Shown piece after piece: positions 1-9,483 of a stretch of DNA of 64,000 nt (position 1 is its first letter; every line of letters begins with the position of its first letter). The notes under the pieces were generated by a model. The model had not been told where the DNA came from. It saw nothing but the letters and a program-made list of their open reading frames with translations, and searched no databases. This DNA is from a virus. Its lineage: Duplodnaviria; Heunggongvirae; Uroviricota; Caudoviricetes. The DNA is taken from IMG/VR virus record IMGVR_UViG_3300028042_000002, positions 2,050-66,049 of that record, one strand, 5' to 3'. A program made the position numbers and the translations under genes.

Positions 1-56
1 TAATATTTGAATTTTTGGTATACTTAAAATTCAATTAATATGAATAGTAGGTTAAT

Positions 57-377
57 ATGTCAAAAGTTATACACGCAATAAATAATATTATTAAAAATAG
101 AAATTTGATTAAAGCTGTAACTCGCCACAAGGTACATACTTGGTTTAGTTTTTATTATACTGATGAATTTTTAATTTATATTTCAAAGGTTAATAAAAAT
201 GAATATATCATTGATTTTATTGGATATAATGGGGATAGATTAACTTATAATTCAAATGATTTTAAATTGGATGCAGAGAAAGATGTATTTAAATTATTAT
301 ATGACACGATGATAGACAAGTTCAAGAATAGATATGAATATATTTTAAATGAAATTATCAATTTAGGTAAAAATTGA
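57..377 (+). CDS. hypothetical protein
   Basis: 106-aa ORF with TGGTATACT -10-like motif and AGGT RBS upstream; no recognisable motif. Confidence 0.7.
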   Translation: MSKVIHAINNIIKNRNLIKAVTRHKVHTWFSFYYTDEFLIYISKVNKNEYIIDFIGYNGDRLTYNSNDFKLDAEKDVFKLLYDTMIDKFKNRYEYILNEIINLGKN

Positions 378-380
378 TAA

Positions 381-905
381 TTATCTTAAAGCTAGCCACA
401 ATTTCAATGATAATAGTTTACTTTTAACGAACTTCCCAAAAGTATTATCATTATCATGATTTGCTAATAATTCTTCCCACGTTTTGAATGCACTCTTATC
501 TGATATTAATTCTATATCTGTATTGGATAATGAACCTGTATTAACTTCAATCAAGCCTGCCGAATTTGACGATCTCACGCTAACATTATTAAATATTACT
601 TTATCTAAAACATTCGAGTTACCATTAATAATATTTACAGCATAACTACCATTTTCAAATTCAATAGTATAATCATTGATAATTTCTATTACTTTAGCTA
701 ATGTTAAATTAGATATACTTACATTTGTGGTGTAATTATGAGTAATTTTAAATGGTAATCCACTTTGCTCACCTTCTAAATTTCGTAACATTAAATGAAA
801 TTCATATAAATCTAATTCACGTATTTCACTTGGTGAACTTTGAACTAATGGTAAGTCTGCTTTAGGAATATGAATAATTTTATTAATCCAATCTATATTA
901 ATCAT
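381..905 (-). CDS. putative virion/tail-associated protein
   Basis: 174 aa; IDWINKIIHIPKADL and VSVRSSNSAGL motifs resemble a conserved phage virion family; lies downstream of late-promoter-driven genes. Confidence 0.6.
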   Translation of the reverse strand: MINIDWINKIIHIPKADLPLVQSSPSEIRELDLYEFHLMLRNLEGEQSGLPFKITHNYTTNVSISNLTLAKVIEIINDYTIEFENGSYAVNIINGNSNVLDKVIFNNVSVRSSNSAGLIEVNTGSLSNTDIELISDKSAFKTWEELLANHDNDNTFGKFVKSKLLSLKLWLALR

Positions 906-1771
906 ATTCCATACTCAATGTATTATTATAACCATTTGATTGTATTATTCCAATATTTTTCTTATGTTTATAAATTGTAAAAGGTGGGGATGATTTTCTA
1001 ACTTTAATAATTATGGGTTGATTACCTTGATAATTAAATTGTATATATATTTCACCATTTGCATTAGTTAAATTATTAAATATCACTGTACCTTGAGCCA
1101 AATTCCCACCTGTATCAGCAGTGATATAAACTCGTGCATTTTCTATATTAATATTATCACTATCAACCACCTTTATTTTAATATCAACTAAATTGTTAAT
1201 AATTAAATTTGTGCCATTATTTATGGGTATGGAACTGCCAATAATATTCAAAGTGGTAATATGACCTGTATTATTGGATACACTTGTTACGTCACTATTA
1301 TTAAAAGTAAAGGTATTATCAGAACCTGTAAATTCTACATTTCCAGATATATTAATATCATTTAATGTAACATTATTAGAATTTATTTTAATATTACCAC
1401 TGAGTGTAAATGATGAATTTATATTATTATTAAGTAATAATATCCAACCAGTTTCTAATGTAAAAGATGTTCCGTTGATTGTATCTAAAATATTGTGAGT
1501 ATATCGTAAATTTATTAATATAGTTGTGGTGTATTTAATAAAATCGTATAATTGTTTTATAGTAATATCACCACTAACCGTGACAACTTTAGTATTATAA
1601 TCTATGGCTATAGGTGTGCAGAAACTATCCCACTATTTAGTTCAGTTATAAAATTATTAACATTTAATGATGCAAATATTAATACATCATTTTTTTTTGA
1701 TGATTAGCGGTTGTACCTGTGTAACGTATATCACCATTTATTGCTATACTAATGTCGTCTACTATTGCCAT
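898..1771 (-). pseudogene. frameshifted tail-fibre-like virion gene
   Basis: ATG 1771 (MAIVDDISIAINGDIRYTGTTAN) stops at 1679-1681; a second frame runs ~1690-1610; a third frame is open 1632-898 (PIAIDYNTKVVTVSGDITIKQLYDFIKY...) with no upstream ATG; late promoter at 1792-1799. Confidence 0.7.
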
Positions 1772-1804
1772 TGTTTATCCATTTTTATTAATATTTATAA
1801 TTAT

Positions 1805-2338
1805 TTAGTAAATATAGGTTGACCTTAAATCCCAACTTTTATTAAATGTACTAGAATTTTCAGCGTACCTTACATTTAAATCTTCATTATTATTTGTAAG
1901 TTTTTTAATTGACCATTTTAATTCATTATCTAAAGTGTCAGGAAGAGATTTACCTATAATAATATCACCATTTGGTAATTCATCGACATTTGTATTCATT
2001 GATTTAAATCCTGTTAATATTGACCAAGTTATTAGACTATTTTCAGGAATTTCTTTTACGTTATCAACTGGATTAATATAAATATAAGATGCGCCATTGA
2101 AATAAACAAGATCATCAAGGGTATAATTTATATTAATATCAAATTCACCTTTAAATTCACCTTTAAATTCTAATACTTTACCAACACCATCAGCACCTTT
2201 TATGCCTAATGTTCAAGATTCTACATTATTACCATTGCATATTTGCGTAGATTGAATATAATTTGACGTTGAAACATTAACTTTATTATTTAAATTTGTT
2301 TTTAAAGTTGCTGTAACATTTTGAGGTTGTAAAGCCAT
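1805..2338 (-). pseudogene. virion-type gene with one in-frame TGA (codon 42)
   Basis: ATG 2338 is in frame with the 1805-1999 ORF; the only interruption is TGA at 2213-2215; late promoter at 2369-2376. Confidence 0.7.
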
Positions 2339-2802
2339 TATATAAAAATCGTGAAAATAGGTTAAAAATATTTATAAATTTTATTATGGTGTGGTAATAT
2401 AAACATTCTTAATTAAACTAAATTATAATGTGATAATAATATGAAAAATAATGACAAAAAAATAAAAGAGTTAGAAAAATTGTACGAGGATTACGTTAAA
2501 TCTTGCTCATCTTTATTAAAAGTTCAACAAGATCATCAAACATTAAGAGATAGAATAAAATTATTAGGTGGTGTCATATATGACTGATATATCAATAAAT
2601 ATTGTATACGTGTGGGTAATTATTGTATTAATTAATATACTTACTTATCTTATTGCAATTATAAGTCAACTTGACCGAGATTATAAATTATTCAAAAAAA
2701 TAAACAAATTGATGATAAAAATCTTGACTATTGTATTGCAAAGTATACACTTCAACAAGAATTAAATAATATTAAAATTAAACTTAAAAAAGGTAATATG
2801 AA

Positions 2803-3219
2803 ATGAATAATGAATGGCAAAAATATATAAATGATGAAACTGGTACAATTATTGAAATTAAGCCATATAATGATATTTTATATTTTATTAAATCCGAACT
2901 AACGTCTGAAATATTGGGATGTAATTGTTTAATAACACGTAAAGATATTTTAAAGTCGTATAATATTTTACATGAATTTGACCATGACGAATACCTTAAA
3001 AGTATTAAAAAACTTTTAATCAATTTAGTTATATTTCAACCTAATAATTTAATGGACTTTAATTATTATAAATTAATTAAAGATTATACATATATAATTA
3101 ATGATGATATGACCTTAACCGAAGTTATTATGAATAAATATAAAAATTACTACGATATCAAAATTGACTATATTTCGAATGGACAAGAATATTTCGGATT
3201 ATTTGAGGTTCATTTTTAA
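2803..3219 (+). CDS. hypothetical protein (paralogue family member 1)
   Basis: AAGGTAA RBS; N-terminus WQKYINDETG shared with the next gene. Confidence 0.75.
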   Translation: MNNEWQKYINDETGTIIEIKPYNDILYFIKSELTSEILGCNCLITRKDILKSYNILHEFDHDEYLKSIKKLLINLVIFQPNNLMDFNYYKLIKDYTYIINDDMTLTEVIMNKYKNYYDIKIDYISNGQEYFGLFEVHF

Positions 3220-3221
3220 TT

Positions 3222-3521
3222 ATGAGCAATAAATGGCAAAGGTATATAAATGATGAAATGGGTGATATTGTATTAGTTAAAGAATATGAAGTAGGTGATG
3301 AATTATCATTTTTAAATATTACAGACTGCGTATATATTAATTATATTTCTGTTGATGGTGAATATAAACTGCCGAATTGTTGTAAAGATGATAAGAATAT
3401 CCCATACATTAATGATAAAGAATTAATTAGTGCAAATGATGTATTAATGAAATATGAAAATGGTGATACAATAAATACTTATTCAAGAGTAATGTTAAAT
3501 CATAATTATATAAAAATTTAA
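3222..3521 (+). CDS. hypothetical protein (paralogue family member 2)
   Basis: WQRYINDEMG; YEVGDE and YKLPNC shared with the next gene. Confidence 0.75.
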   Translation: MSNKWQRYINDEMGDIVLVKEYEVGDELSFLNITDCVYINYISVDGEYKLPNCCKDDKNIPYINDKELISANDVLMKYENGDTINTYSRVMLNHNYIKI

Positions 3522-3533
3522 AGGTGAAATAAA

Positions 3534-4178
3534 ATGAATAAAATTGAACAATATAAACATAATGAAAATAATGAATTGATTTATGCTAAAGTTTATGAAC
3601 GAGGGGATGAAGATGGATTTTATGCCATTGGAGAAATTACAGTACAAAAAGGGTACAAGTTACCTAATTGTGTAAAAAGTGAATTTAGTGGTATACCATT
3701 TAAAAATCATATATTAATGATGGAAGATTATTATTTAATTTATGAAAATGTAAATGGTATATTTAAAGGTGTAATAAAAGGTGAAGATATTAATAAGTAT
3801 TATACTAAAGTTGATACAGAAACAAATAATGCAAGATTGCGTGAACTTGAATTAGATTTGAAATATCATGAAGAAGAATTAAAAGAATTAAATATAACAA
3901 AGGTTCAATATGCTGAAACGTTAAAATATTTAAATCAAGATATTCAAGAAAATTTAACAGAAATTGATGAAAGTGAGGGTTATATTAAACGTGTTAAATA
4001 TAATATTGAAATGTTACAAAGTGGATTTACTGAATATACAAATATTTACAGTGGTAAATTTTTTATTAAAAAAGAAATAGGTAGTATTTTTTATGAATGT
4101 GTAAACTGTAATAATTTAACTAATAAAGTTCTAATATCATACAGTGTGCTGATTAATGAGTACATCAAAGTGGATTAA
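3534..4178 (+). CDS. hypothetical protein with coiled-coil segment (paralogue family member 3)
   Basis: YERGDE, YKLPNC; heptad-rich central segment; AAGGTGAA RBS. Confidence 0.75.
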   Translation: MNKIEQYKHNENNELIYAKVYERGDEDGFYAIGEITVQKGYKLPNCVKSEFSGIPFKNHILMMEDYYLIYENVNGIFKGVIKGEDINKYYTKVDTETNNARLRELELDLKYHEEELKELNITKVQYAETLKYLNQDIQENLTEIDESEGYIKRVKYNIEMLQSGFTEYTNIYSGKFFIKKEIGSIFYECVNCNNLTNKVLISYSVLINEYIKVD

Positions 4179-4519
4179 CTCCATGTAACCTGTGGATTGA
4201 CAGTAATTACACCTTCTAACACTCGTTTAATGTAATTAATATCCACAGGATTGCTTACTTCTACATCATAAACCCATTTTCCATTTTTAGCTAATTCGGT
4301 TAATGGTGGATTAACTTCCATTGAAATATTACCTAAAGTGGGATCACCGTCAACACCACAAGTAATATCTATACCATTTGTAGTGTAATAACTCTTTTTC
4401 ATTTTAGAAGTTATTGATAAATTAGTTAAATCATAGGGCGTACCATCTTCATTTTTAATTTGGGCTATTGCATCGAATTTAGTGCCAGCATCTATTACAA
4501 AATTTATTTGTGTTGCCAT
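4175..4519 (-). CDS. small virion protein (BppU-like Ig-type family of T4-like phages)
   Basis: IDAGTKF...PYDLTN...KKSY...GKWVYDVE...RVLEGVITVNPQVT pattern; late promoter at 4560-4567. Confidence 0.7.
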   Translation of the reverse strand: MATQINFVIDAGTKFDAIAQIKNEDGTPYDLTNLSITSKMKKSYYTTNGIDITCGVDGDPTLGNISMEVNPPLTELAKNGKWVYDVEVSNPVDINYIKRVLEGVITVNPQVTWS

Positions 4520-4626
4520 AATAATTATTTAAGTGATTAAAGTTGGTAAAGGTTGTTAATATTTATAAAATTAATCAGGTGATGTGGTAATATAATTATT
4601 CAAATTAATTCAATTTAGGAATATAA

Positions 4627-4830
4627 ATGATAATTTTTACTGTATTAAAATATGAACAAACTGGACAACATGAAAGATTTTTAGGTGTTGATAGTGTCCA
4701 CGAAAATATCAAATCAATAAAAAATATGTATAAATTTATTCCTAAGTTGTCAACTATAAAGAGTGGAGATTTATTTTATGGTCATATTGGGGAATATATT
4801 GTAATTAAATCATACAAACTTCTATATTGA
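4627..4830 (+). CDS. hypothetical protein
   Basis: 67-aa ORF with AGGA RBS and TGTGGTAATAT -10-like motif upstream. Confidence 0.55.
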   Translation: MIIFTVLKYEQTGQHERFLGVDSVHENIKSIKNMYKFIPKLSTIKSGDLFYGHIGEYIVIKSYKLLY

Positions 4831-4852
4831 ATTTATTATGGTATGGTATTTA

Positions 4853-5233
4853 TAATTTAATTACTTTATAAATAAAAATCCAATTAAAATTACTAAATTA
4901 TTTTCACATGATTATCCTAGAACCTTAGGGGAGTTGCATAGTAATTATTAATATTAAAGATGTAAATAAAGCACAAATTTTAAAATGTTTATATGATGCA
5001 AGTAAAGTTCAAGGGTTAGGAATTTTACAAGCTAAGGATGATGAACTGACAATTAATGAATGTGAATTATTGTTGAAAAATAATGAATATTTTGATTATT
5101 TATATGGTAAAATTATGAAAGTTAATTTATCAGGTGATGAGTTTTCTCCAACTTTATATGATAGAGATAATGGTGAAGGGAGTGCATTTAAAGCTATTAA
5201 ACATTTATTGTAATTTAATTACTTTATAAATAA
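4853..5233. repeat. 23-bp perfect direct repeat TAATTTAATTACTTTATAAATAA (4853-4875 and 5211-5233), each containing TATAAATA
   Basis: direct comparison of the two segments. Confidence 0.9.
4944..5213 (+). CDS. conserved-type hypothetical protein, non-ATG (ATT/ATA) start; absent from ORF track
   Basis: open frame IINIKDVNKAQILKCLYDASKVQGLG...YFDYLYGKIMKVNLSGDEFSPTLYDRDNGEGSA; GGGGAG RBS-like at ~4928; in-frame TAG at 4926. Confidence 0.7.
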   Translation: MINIKDVNKAQILKCLYDASKVQGLGILQAKDDELTINECELLLKNNEYFDYLYGKIMKVNLSGDEFSPTLYDRDNGEGSAFKAIKHLL

Positions 5234-5266
5234 TTATAACTAATTTCAATATTTTAATTATAATTT

Positions 5267-6376
5267 ATGCCTATTCAAACTGTTACAAATGATACAAAAT
5301 TCACCACTTGGAAAGACATTACCAATAATATTAAAGATTTATCAGAATTAAATCAAACTAATATTGTTAATACTGATACTATTATTGGTAATACTTCACT
5401 TTCAACAAGTGCCACAACGTTAACCACTGCAATTAATGAATTATATGCTGATATTAATATTAATAGTGGTAATATTACCACAACTAATACAAATTTAGGC
5501 AGTCTTGGTTCACTTTCAACACCTGCTATAGATTTTGTAACTGCTATCAATTATAATGACAATAGAATAGGTGATTTAACATCATTACCCGATAATCCTG
5601 TCAATGTTGCATTAGAATTAGCTAAAATTGGTCAAATTACAAACCTTACAACCATTGATAAAAGTGATACAGTTTCAGCAATTAATGAATTACAGTCTTC
5701 TTTGTCAGTTCTCACACCAAGCAACCTTAATCATAATAATTTAGAAGTTAATCATGGTCGTTTTATGGTTGAAACGATATTATCACCTGCTTCACCAACT
5801 TTAGATACTGGGATATTTAATACCTTTAATTCTAGTACAATTATTGCAGATGATAAATTTATTGATGATAATCCGACTAATGGTACAGTTGGTACTAATA
5901 TGACAACATTATTATCAAAATTATCAACTAATGGACGAACTCAAACTGCATTTGGATATGAATTTTATATTATTAAATTACAATCGGGTGGTGGAACATC
6001 TAATCAAATTACAGTTAATGCAACTAATTATTATCCACAATCAGTAAATAATAATATCTATCTTGGTAAAATTGGACATAAAGTAACATGGCAAGGATAC
6101 ATTAAAAATGATGATGTTGTAAATAATGTCATTATTGGTGATATTACTAATACAAATATTAAAACTTATATTGATAATGTATTACAAGTTGCAAGCTATG
6201 AATTATCTAATGCTACAGGTTGGGTTCACGTTAGACAAATTTTAACTTTAGCTGATAAAGAATATGAAAATATATTTCCGAGTATTTATAGTGTGGGTGC
6301 AGGTACAGATATTTTAATAAGTTTGTCCGCTTTGTTTGAAGGTGATGTAAATATTGAACATTTAGGACTTTTATAA
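5267..6376 (+). CDS. fibre/whisker (fibritin-like) virion protein
   Basis: N-terminal TKFTTWKDITN, repeated LxT...AINEL coiled-coil units, globular C-terminus; late promoter at 5225-5232. Confidence 0.65.
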   Translation: MPIQTVTNDTKFTTWKDITNNIKDLSELNQTNIVNTDTIIGNTSLSTSATTLTTAINELYADININSGNITTTNTNLGSLGSLSTPAIDFVTAINYNDNRIGDLTSLPDNPVNVALELAKIGQITNLTTIDKSDTVSAINELQSSLSVLTPSNLNHNNLEVNHGRFMVETILSPASPTLDTGIFNTFNSSTIIADDKFIDDNPTNGTVGTNMTTLLSKLSTNGRTQTAFGYEFYIIKLQSGGGTSNQITVNATNYYPQSVNNNIYLGKIGHKVTWQGYIKNDDVVNNVIIGDITNTNIKTYIDNVLQVASYELSNATGWVHVRQILTLADKEYENIFPSIYSVGAGTDILISLSALFEGDVNIEHLGLL

Positions 6377-6420
6377 TGGTATAATTAGTTTTTTAAATCA
6401 TTAATTAATGTAAATAAATT

Positions 6421-6741
6421 ATGAAACATAATAAATTAGCTAAAAGTATAATAAAATTATTAGATATATGTGGAATATCAGATGATGATATTTTATTTAC
6501 AGGAGAATATAAACAAATTTATAAAATTATAGAATTGTTTATGAGGCTTAAATACCCTTGTGGTGGGATCGACATTATGCACACAACAAACAAAGGTGGG
6601 GATATTGAAATACATTATGAAACTTATCCATATAATAGAGTTATTTTCCATACATTATTAATTAATAATATATTTAATGAAGGATGTGGTATAAATGTTA
6701 CAAACTCAACTAAATTTGCTCATAATGTCAAGGTTACATAA
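6421..6741 (+). CDS. hypothetical protein
   Basis: follows ATGGTATAAT extended -10 at ~6376-6385. Confidence 0.65.
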   Translation: MKHNKLAKSIIKLLDICGISDDDILFTGEYKQIYKIIELFMRLKYPCGGIDIMHTTNKGGDIEIHYETYPYNRVIFHTLLINNIFNEGCGINVTNSTKFAHNVKVT

Positions 6742-6742
6742 A

Positions 6743-7453
6743 ATGTTTGAAATTTTCCCATATTATGATGACGCTGGTGTAAAAATATTACATTATTGGC
6801 ATGGGTTTCATGATAAAGAAGACGATTTAGAAGTAGACCAATTTATCATTGAAATTAATAATATTAAATATATTAGTGTTGATATGGTATTTGAAGAATT
6901 GTCAACTTTTATTTATATTGATGAATATAAAATATTATTATCATCTCCTCCAATAGAATTTAAAGATTTAGTATCTGCTGATGGAATGTTTCAATATTGC
7001 AAAGTTAAATTACCTGATAAGTTTAACCCCAATTTAGAAAACCTTAAGTCGGGTCGTGGCACATTTGGATCGTGTAATTTATCTAATACACAATTTAATC
7101 CAGTATTTAATAATTTAATTGATGCCGATTTTATGTTTCAATGGTCAAGCCTACCTCACAATTTTAATCCAAAATTACAAAATCTTGAAAGTGGGATACA
7201 AACATTTTTAGGATGTAAATTTAATATTTATTCACATTTCAATCCAATATTTGATAATTTAACACTTTGGATTAATATGTTTTATATGGCAAAATTGCCT
7301 AAATTATTTAATATTAATATTGATAACTTTTATATTGATGAAGCACTTAATTATAATGGTATGTTTGGCAGAGTAACAATACCTTACAATTTCTATAAAA
7401 GTAATATTTATTTTAATATTTCATCATATCATCAAGATATAAAAGTGTATTAA
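6743..7453 (+). CDS. BspA/DUF285-like leucine-rich repeat protein
   Basis: tandem ~23-aa repeats MFxxxxLPxxFNPxLxNLxxG; start moved to ATG 6743 after AAGGT. Confidence 0.65.
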   Translation: MFEIFPYYDDAGVKILHYWHGFHDKEDDLEVDQFIIEINNIKYISVDMVFEELSTFIYIDEYKILLSSPPIEFKDLVSADGMFQYCKVKLPDKFNPNLENLKSGRGTFGSCNLSNTQFNPVFNNLIDADFMFQWSSLPHNFNPKLQNLESGIQTFLGCKFNIYSHFNPIFDNLTLWINMFYMAKLPKLFNINIDNFYIDEALNYNGMFGRVTIPYNFYKSNIYFNISSYHQDIKVY

Positions 7454-7902
7454 ACAAATTCAAAATATGAGTATGCAAAGTTGACACTGCATTCCACAAT
7501 TTCACTATCAGTAGATTTACTATCAAATGATAATTCAGATAAACTTGTTGGATGTAAGTCATTAAATTGTATAATTTTATTACCTGTAAGATTACCTTTA
7601 AGTAAATGTAAATTAGCAGTCGAAAAGTGATCATCATTTTTATTCGTGGTGGCTATGTTAATCAACCATTCATATATTTCTATATAATTAGATAAATCTC
7701 TATCCACAATAAAATTAAATGTTAAAGGTGAAAACTCTAATTTAGTGCCGCCTAATGGTAAATCAAAATGTGGTGTATTTTGGATAGGTTTATCAATTTC
7801 AATAGATGGTAAAATACATGATTGAGCATGGTAAATTGCATTTGGAATATAATCTATATTTAACTTAAATTGGTTTGATTTTAATTGATTATGTTGAGGC
7901 AT
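7450..7902 (-). CDS. gp3: tail tube terminator / tail completion protein (T4 gp3-like)
   Basis: FKLNIDYIPN..Y..QS..LPSI, KLEFSPLTFNFIVDRDLSNYIEIYEW, PTSLSELSF; late promoter at 7940-7947. Confidence 0.85.
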   Translation of the reverse strand: MPQHNQLKSNQFKLNIDYIPNAIYHAQSCILPSIEIDKPIQNTPHFDLPLGGTKLEFSPLTFNFIVDRDLSNYIEIYEWLINIATTNKNDDHFSTANLHLLKGNLTGNKIIQFNDLHPTSLSELSFDSKSTDSEIVECSVNFAYSYFEFV

Positions 7903-8092
7903 TGGGTTTATAATTAACTTATTGGTAAATGGTTACTAATATTTATATTTAATTAAAAAGGTAAATAAAATATGAACAAAGTTAAAAACTTTATAAATAT
8001 AATCTTTAGTGATAAAGTATTTACATTAACTATAGTAATCATAATGTTATCTAGTATAATAATAGGTAGCTTGTTTGGTTTACATTTAAATT

Positions 8093-8326
8093 ATGAAAAA
8101 TAGCAGAAGTTTACAAAGATTTACTCCAAAATATCCCACACGTTTAAAAATGTGGAAAGATGATATTAGAGTAAATGAACTTATTAATTATTTTAATATT
8201 AAAATTAAATTTAAAAATAATACTGATATTATGCGGGAAAGTTTCTTATGTGATTATGATTATAAACGAGTAAAGCAGGTTAGAAGTTGGAAGAACAGTA
8301 AAAATAAACTTAAACAATGGTATTGA
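8093..8326 (+). CDS. hypothetical basic protein
   Basis: 77-aa ORF ending RSWKNSKNKLKQWY. Confidence 0.6.
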   Translation: MKNSRSLQRFTPKYPTRLKMWKDDIRVNELINYFNIKIKFKNNTDIMRESFLCDYDYKRVKQVRSWKNSKNKLKQWY

Positions 8327-8330
8327 AATT

Positions 8331-8528
8331 ATGACAACCTGTAATAAATGCAAATCTAGTAATATATTAATACACGATAAATCTGAATTACAATGTAAAA
8401 ATGGTATAAGTTTTACTGTTAATATATTATACTCTGAATGTGGTGATTGTAAACGAGAGTTTATAACATCAAACCAAATTAAAATTAATGAATTGAGGAT
8501 GACTAATTATGAAAATGATGAAAGGTGA
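8331..8528 (+). CDS. zinc-ribbon protein (YgiT/MqsA-N-like)
   Basis: CNKC...YSECGDCKREFITSNQ. Confidence 0.65.
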   Translation: MTTCNKCKSSNILIHDKSELQCKNGISFTVNILYSECGDCKREFITSNQIKINELRMTNYENDER

Positions 8529-8955
8529 TTTAATATCTCTCGCCGAAAATGGTAAATTTAATGTTATTGTACATGGTTGCAACTGTTTTAATAATATGGG
8601 AGCAGGTATTGCATTAACTATAAAAAATAAATATCCTTTAGTATATAAAAATGATTGCTCAACTGCTAAAGGTGATAAATCTAAACTTGGAACTATAAAT
8701 TCAACATTCATACCAAATAAAGGGTTTATTATTGTTAATGCTTACACTCAATACAGATATGGTAACGGTATTAATGTTGATTATGATGCAATTAGAGAAT
8801 GTTTCAAAATGATTGCTATTTTATATCCAAAATATAAAATAGGATATCCTAAAATTGGTGCAGGATTTGCAGGTGGTGATTGGAGTATAATATCTAATAT
8901 TATAAACGAAGAATTAAAAAATTTAACCCACACTTTAGTGATTTATGAACAATGA
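8509..8955 (+). CDS. macro-domain protein (T4 Tk.4/Poa1-like)
   Basis: GDL, IVHGCNCFNNMGAGIA, NAYTQY, PKIGAGFAGGDW. Confidence 0.92.
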   Translation: MKMMKGDLISLAENGKFNVIVHGCNCFNNMGAGIALTIKNKYPLVYKNDCSTAKGDKSKLGTINSTFIPNKGFIIVNAYTQYRYGNGINVDYDAIRECFKMIAILYPKYKIGYPKIGAGFAGGDWSIISNIINEELKNLTHTLVIYEQ

Positions 8956-9015
8956 AATAAGTATTCATATTTTTATAAAATGACAAATTAATTATGGTAG
9001 ACGAGATTTCAGATT

Positions 9016-9453
9016 ATGAATAAAATTAAAAAGAATAACCTTATTATTGATATTAAACGTATTGAAGAATTACAATTACCATTTGATATCATGCGAGATA
9101 GTATTAAAGCTCAAACCATATTCTATGAAATTAAAAAAGATATCAAAAATCTATCAACATTTATTAAAAATCTACCAACATTTGACAGAGTTGATTTAGT
9201 TATAACCGCATCATTTATTATTAAAATTGTTCAATATAAATGGGTATTAACCTCTGGTAATAATATGGAAAGGATAAATATGTTCCACGATTTTGAATAT
9301 AATTATGAAAACAATGATAAAATATTAGAACTAATACACACATTCATTAAAATTATTAAATTTAAATATGCAACCGAAGTTTACAATAAAAAGTTAAGGC
9401 AAATTGAAGATGATAGAATAGATAATATTAAATGTTTAATGTTTAATGTTTAA
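9016..9453 (+). CDS. hypothetical protein
   Basis: 145-aa ORF. Confidence 0.65.
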   Translation: MNKIKKNNLIIDIKRIEELQLPFDIMRDSIKAQTIFYEIKKDIKNLSTFIKNLPTFDRVDLVITASFIIKIVQYKWVLTSGNNMERINMFHDFEYNYENNDKILELIHTFIKIIKFKYATEVYNKKLRQIEDDRIDNIKCLMFNV

Positions 9454-9483
9454 TATTCGACACAAACCAAAAGGTAAAATAAA

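Noticed and set aside
1690..1698. Simple phase variation at the T9 tract
   Set aside because: no single length change restores the whole gene; a second frameshift near 1615 is needed
8331..8955. Toxin-antitoxin pair (MqsA-like zinc finger plus macro domain)
   Set aside because: zinc finger lacks the HTH, no toxin is adjacent, and Tk.4-like macro domains are routine in T4-like phages
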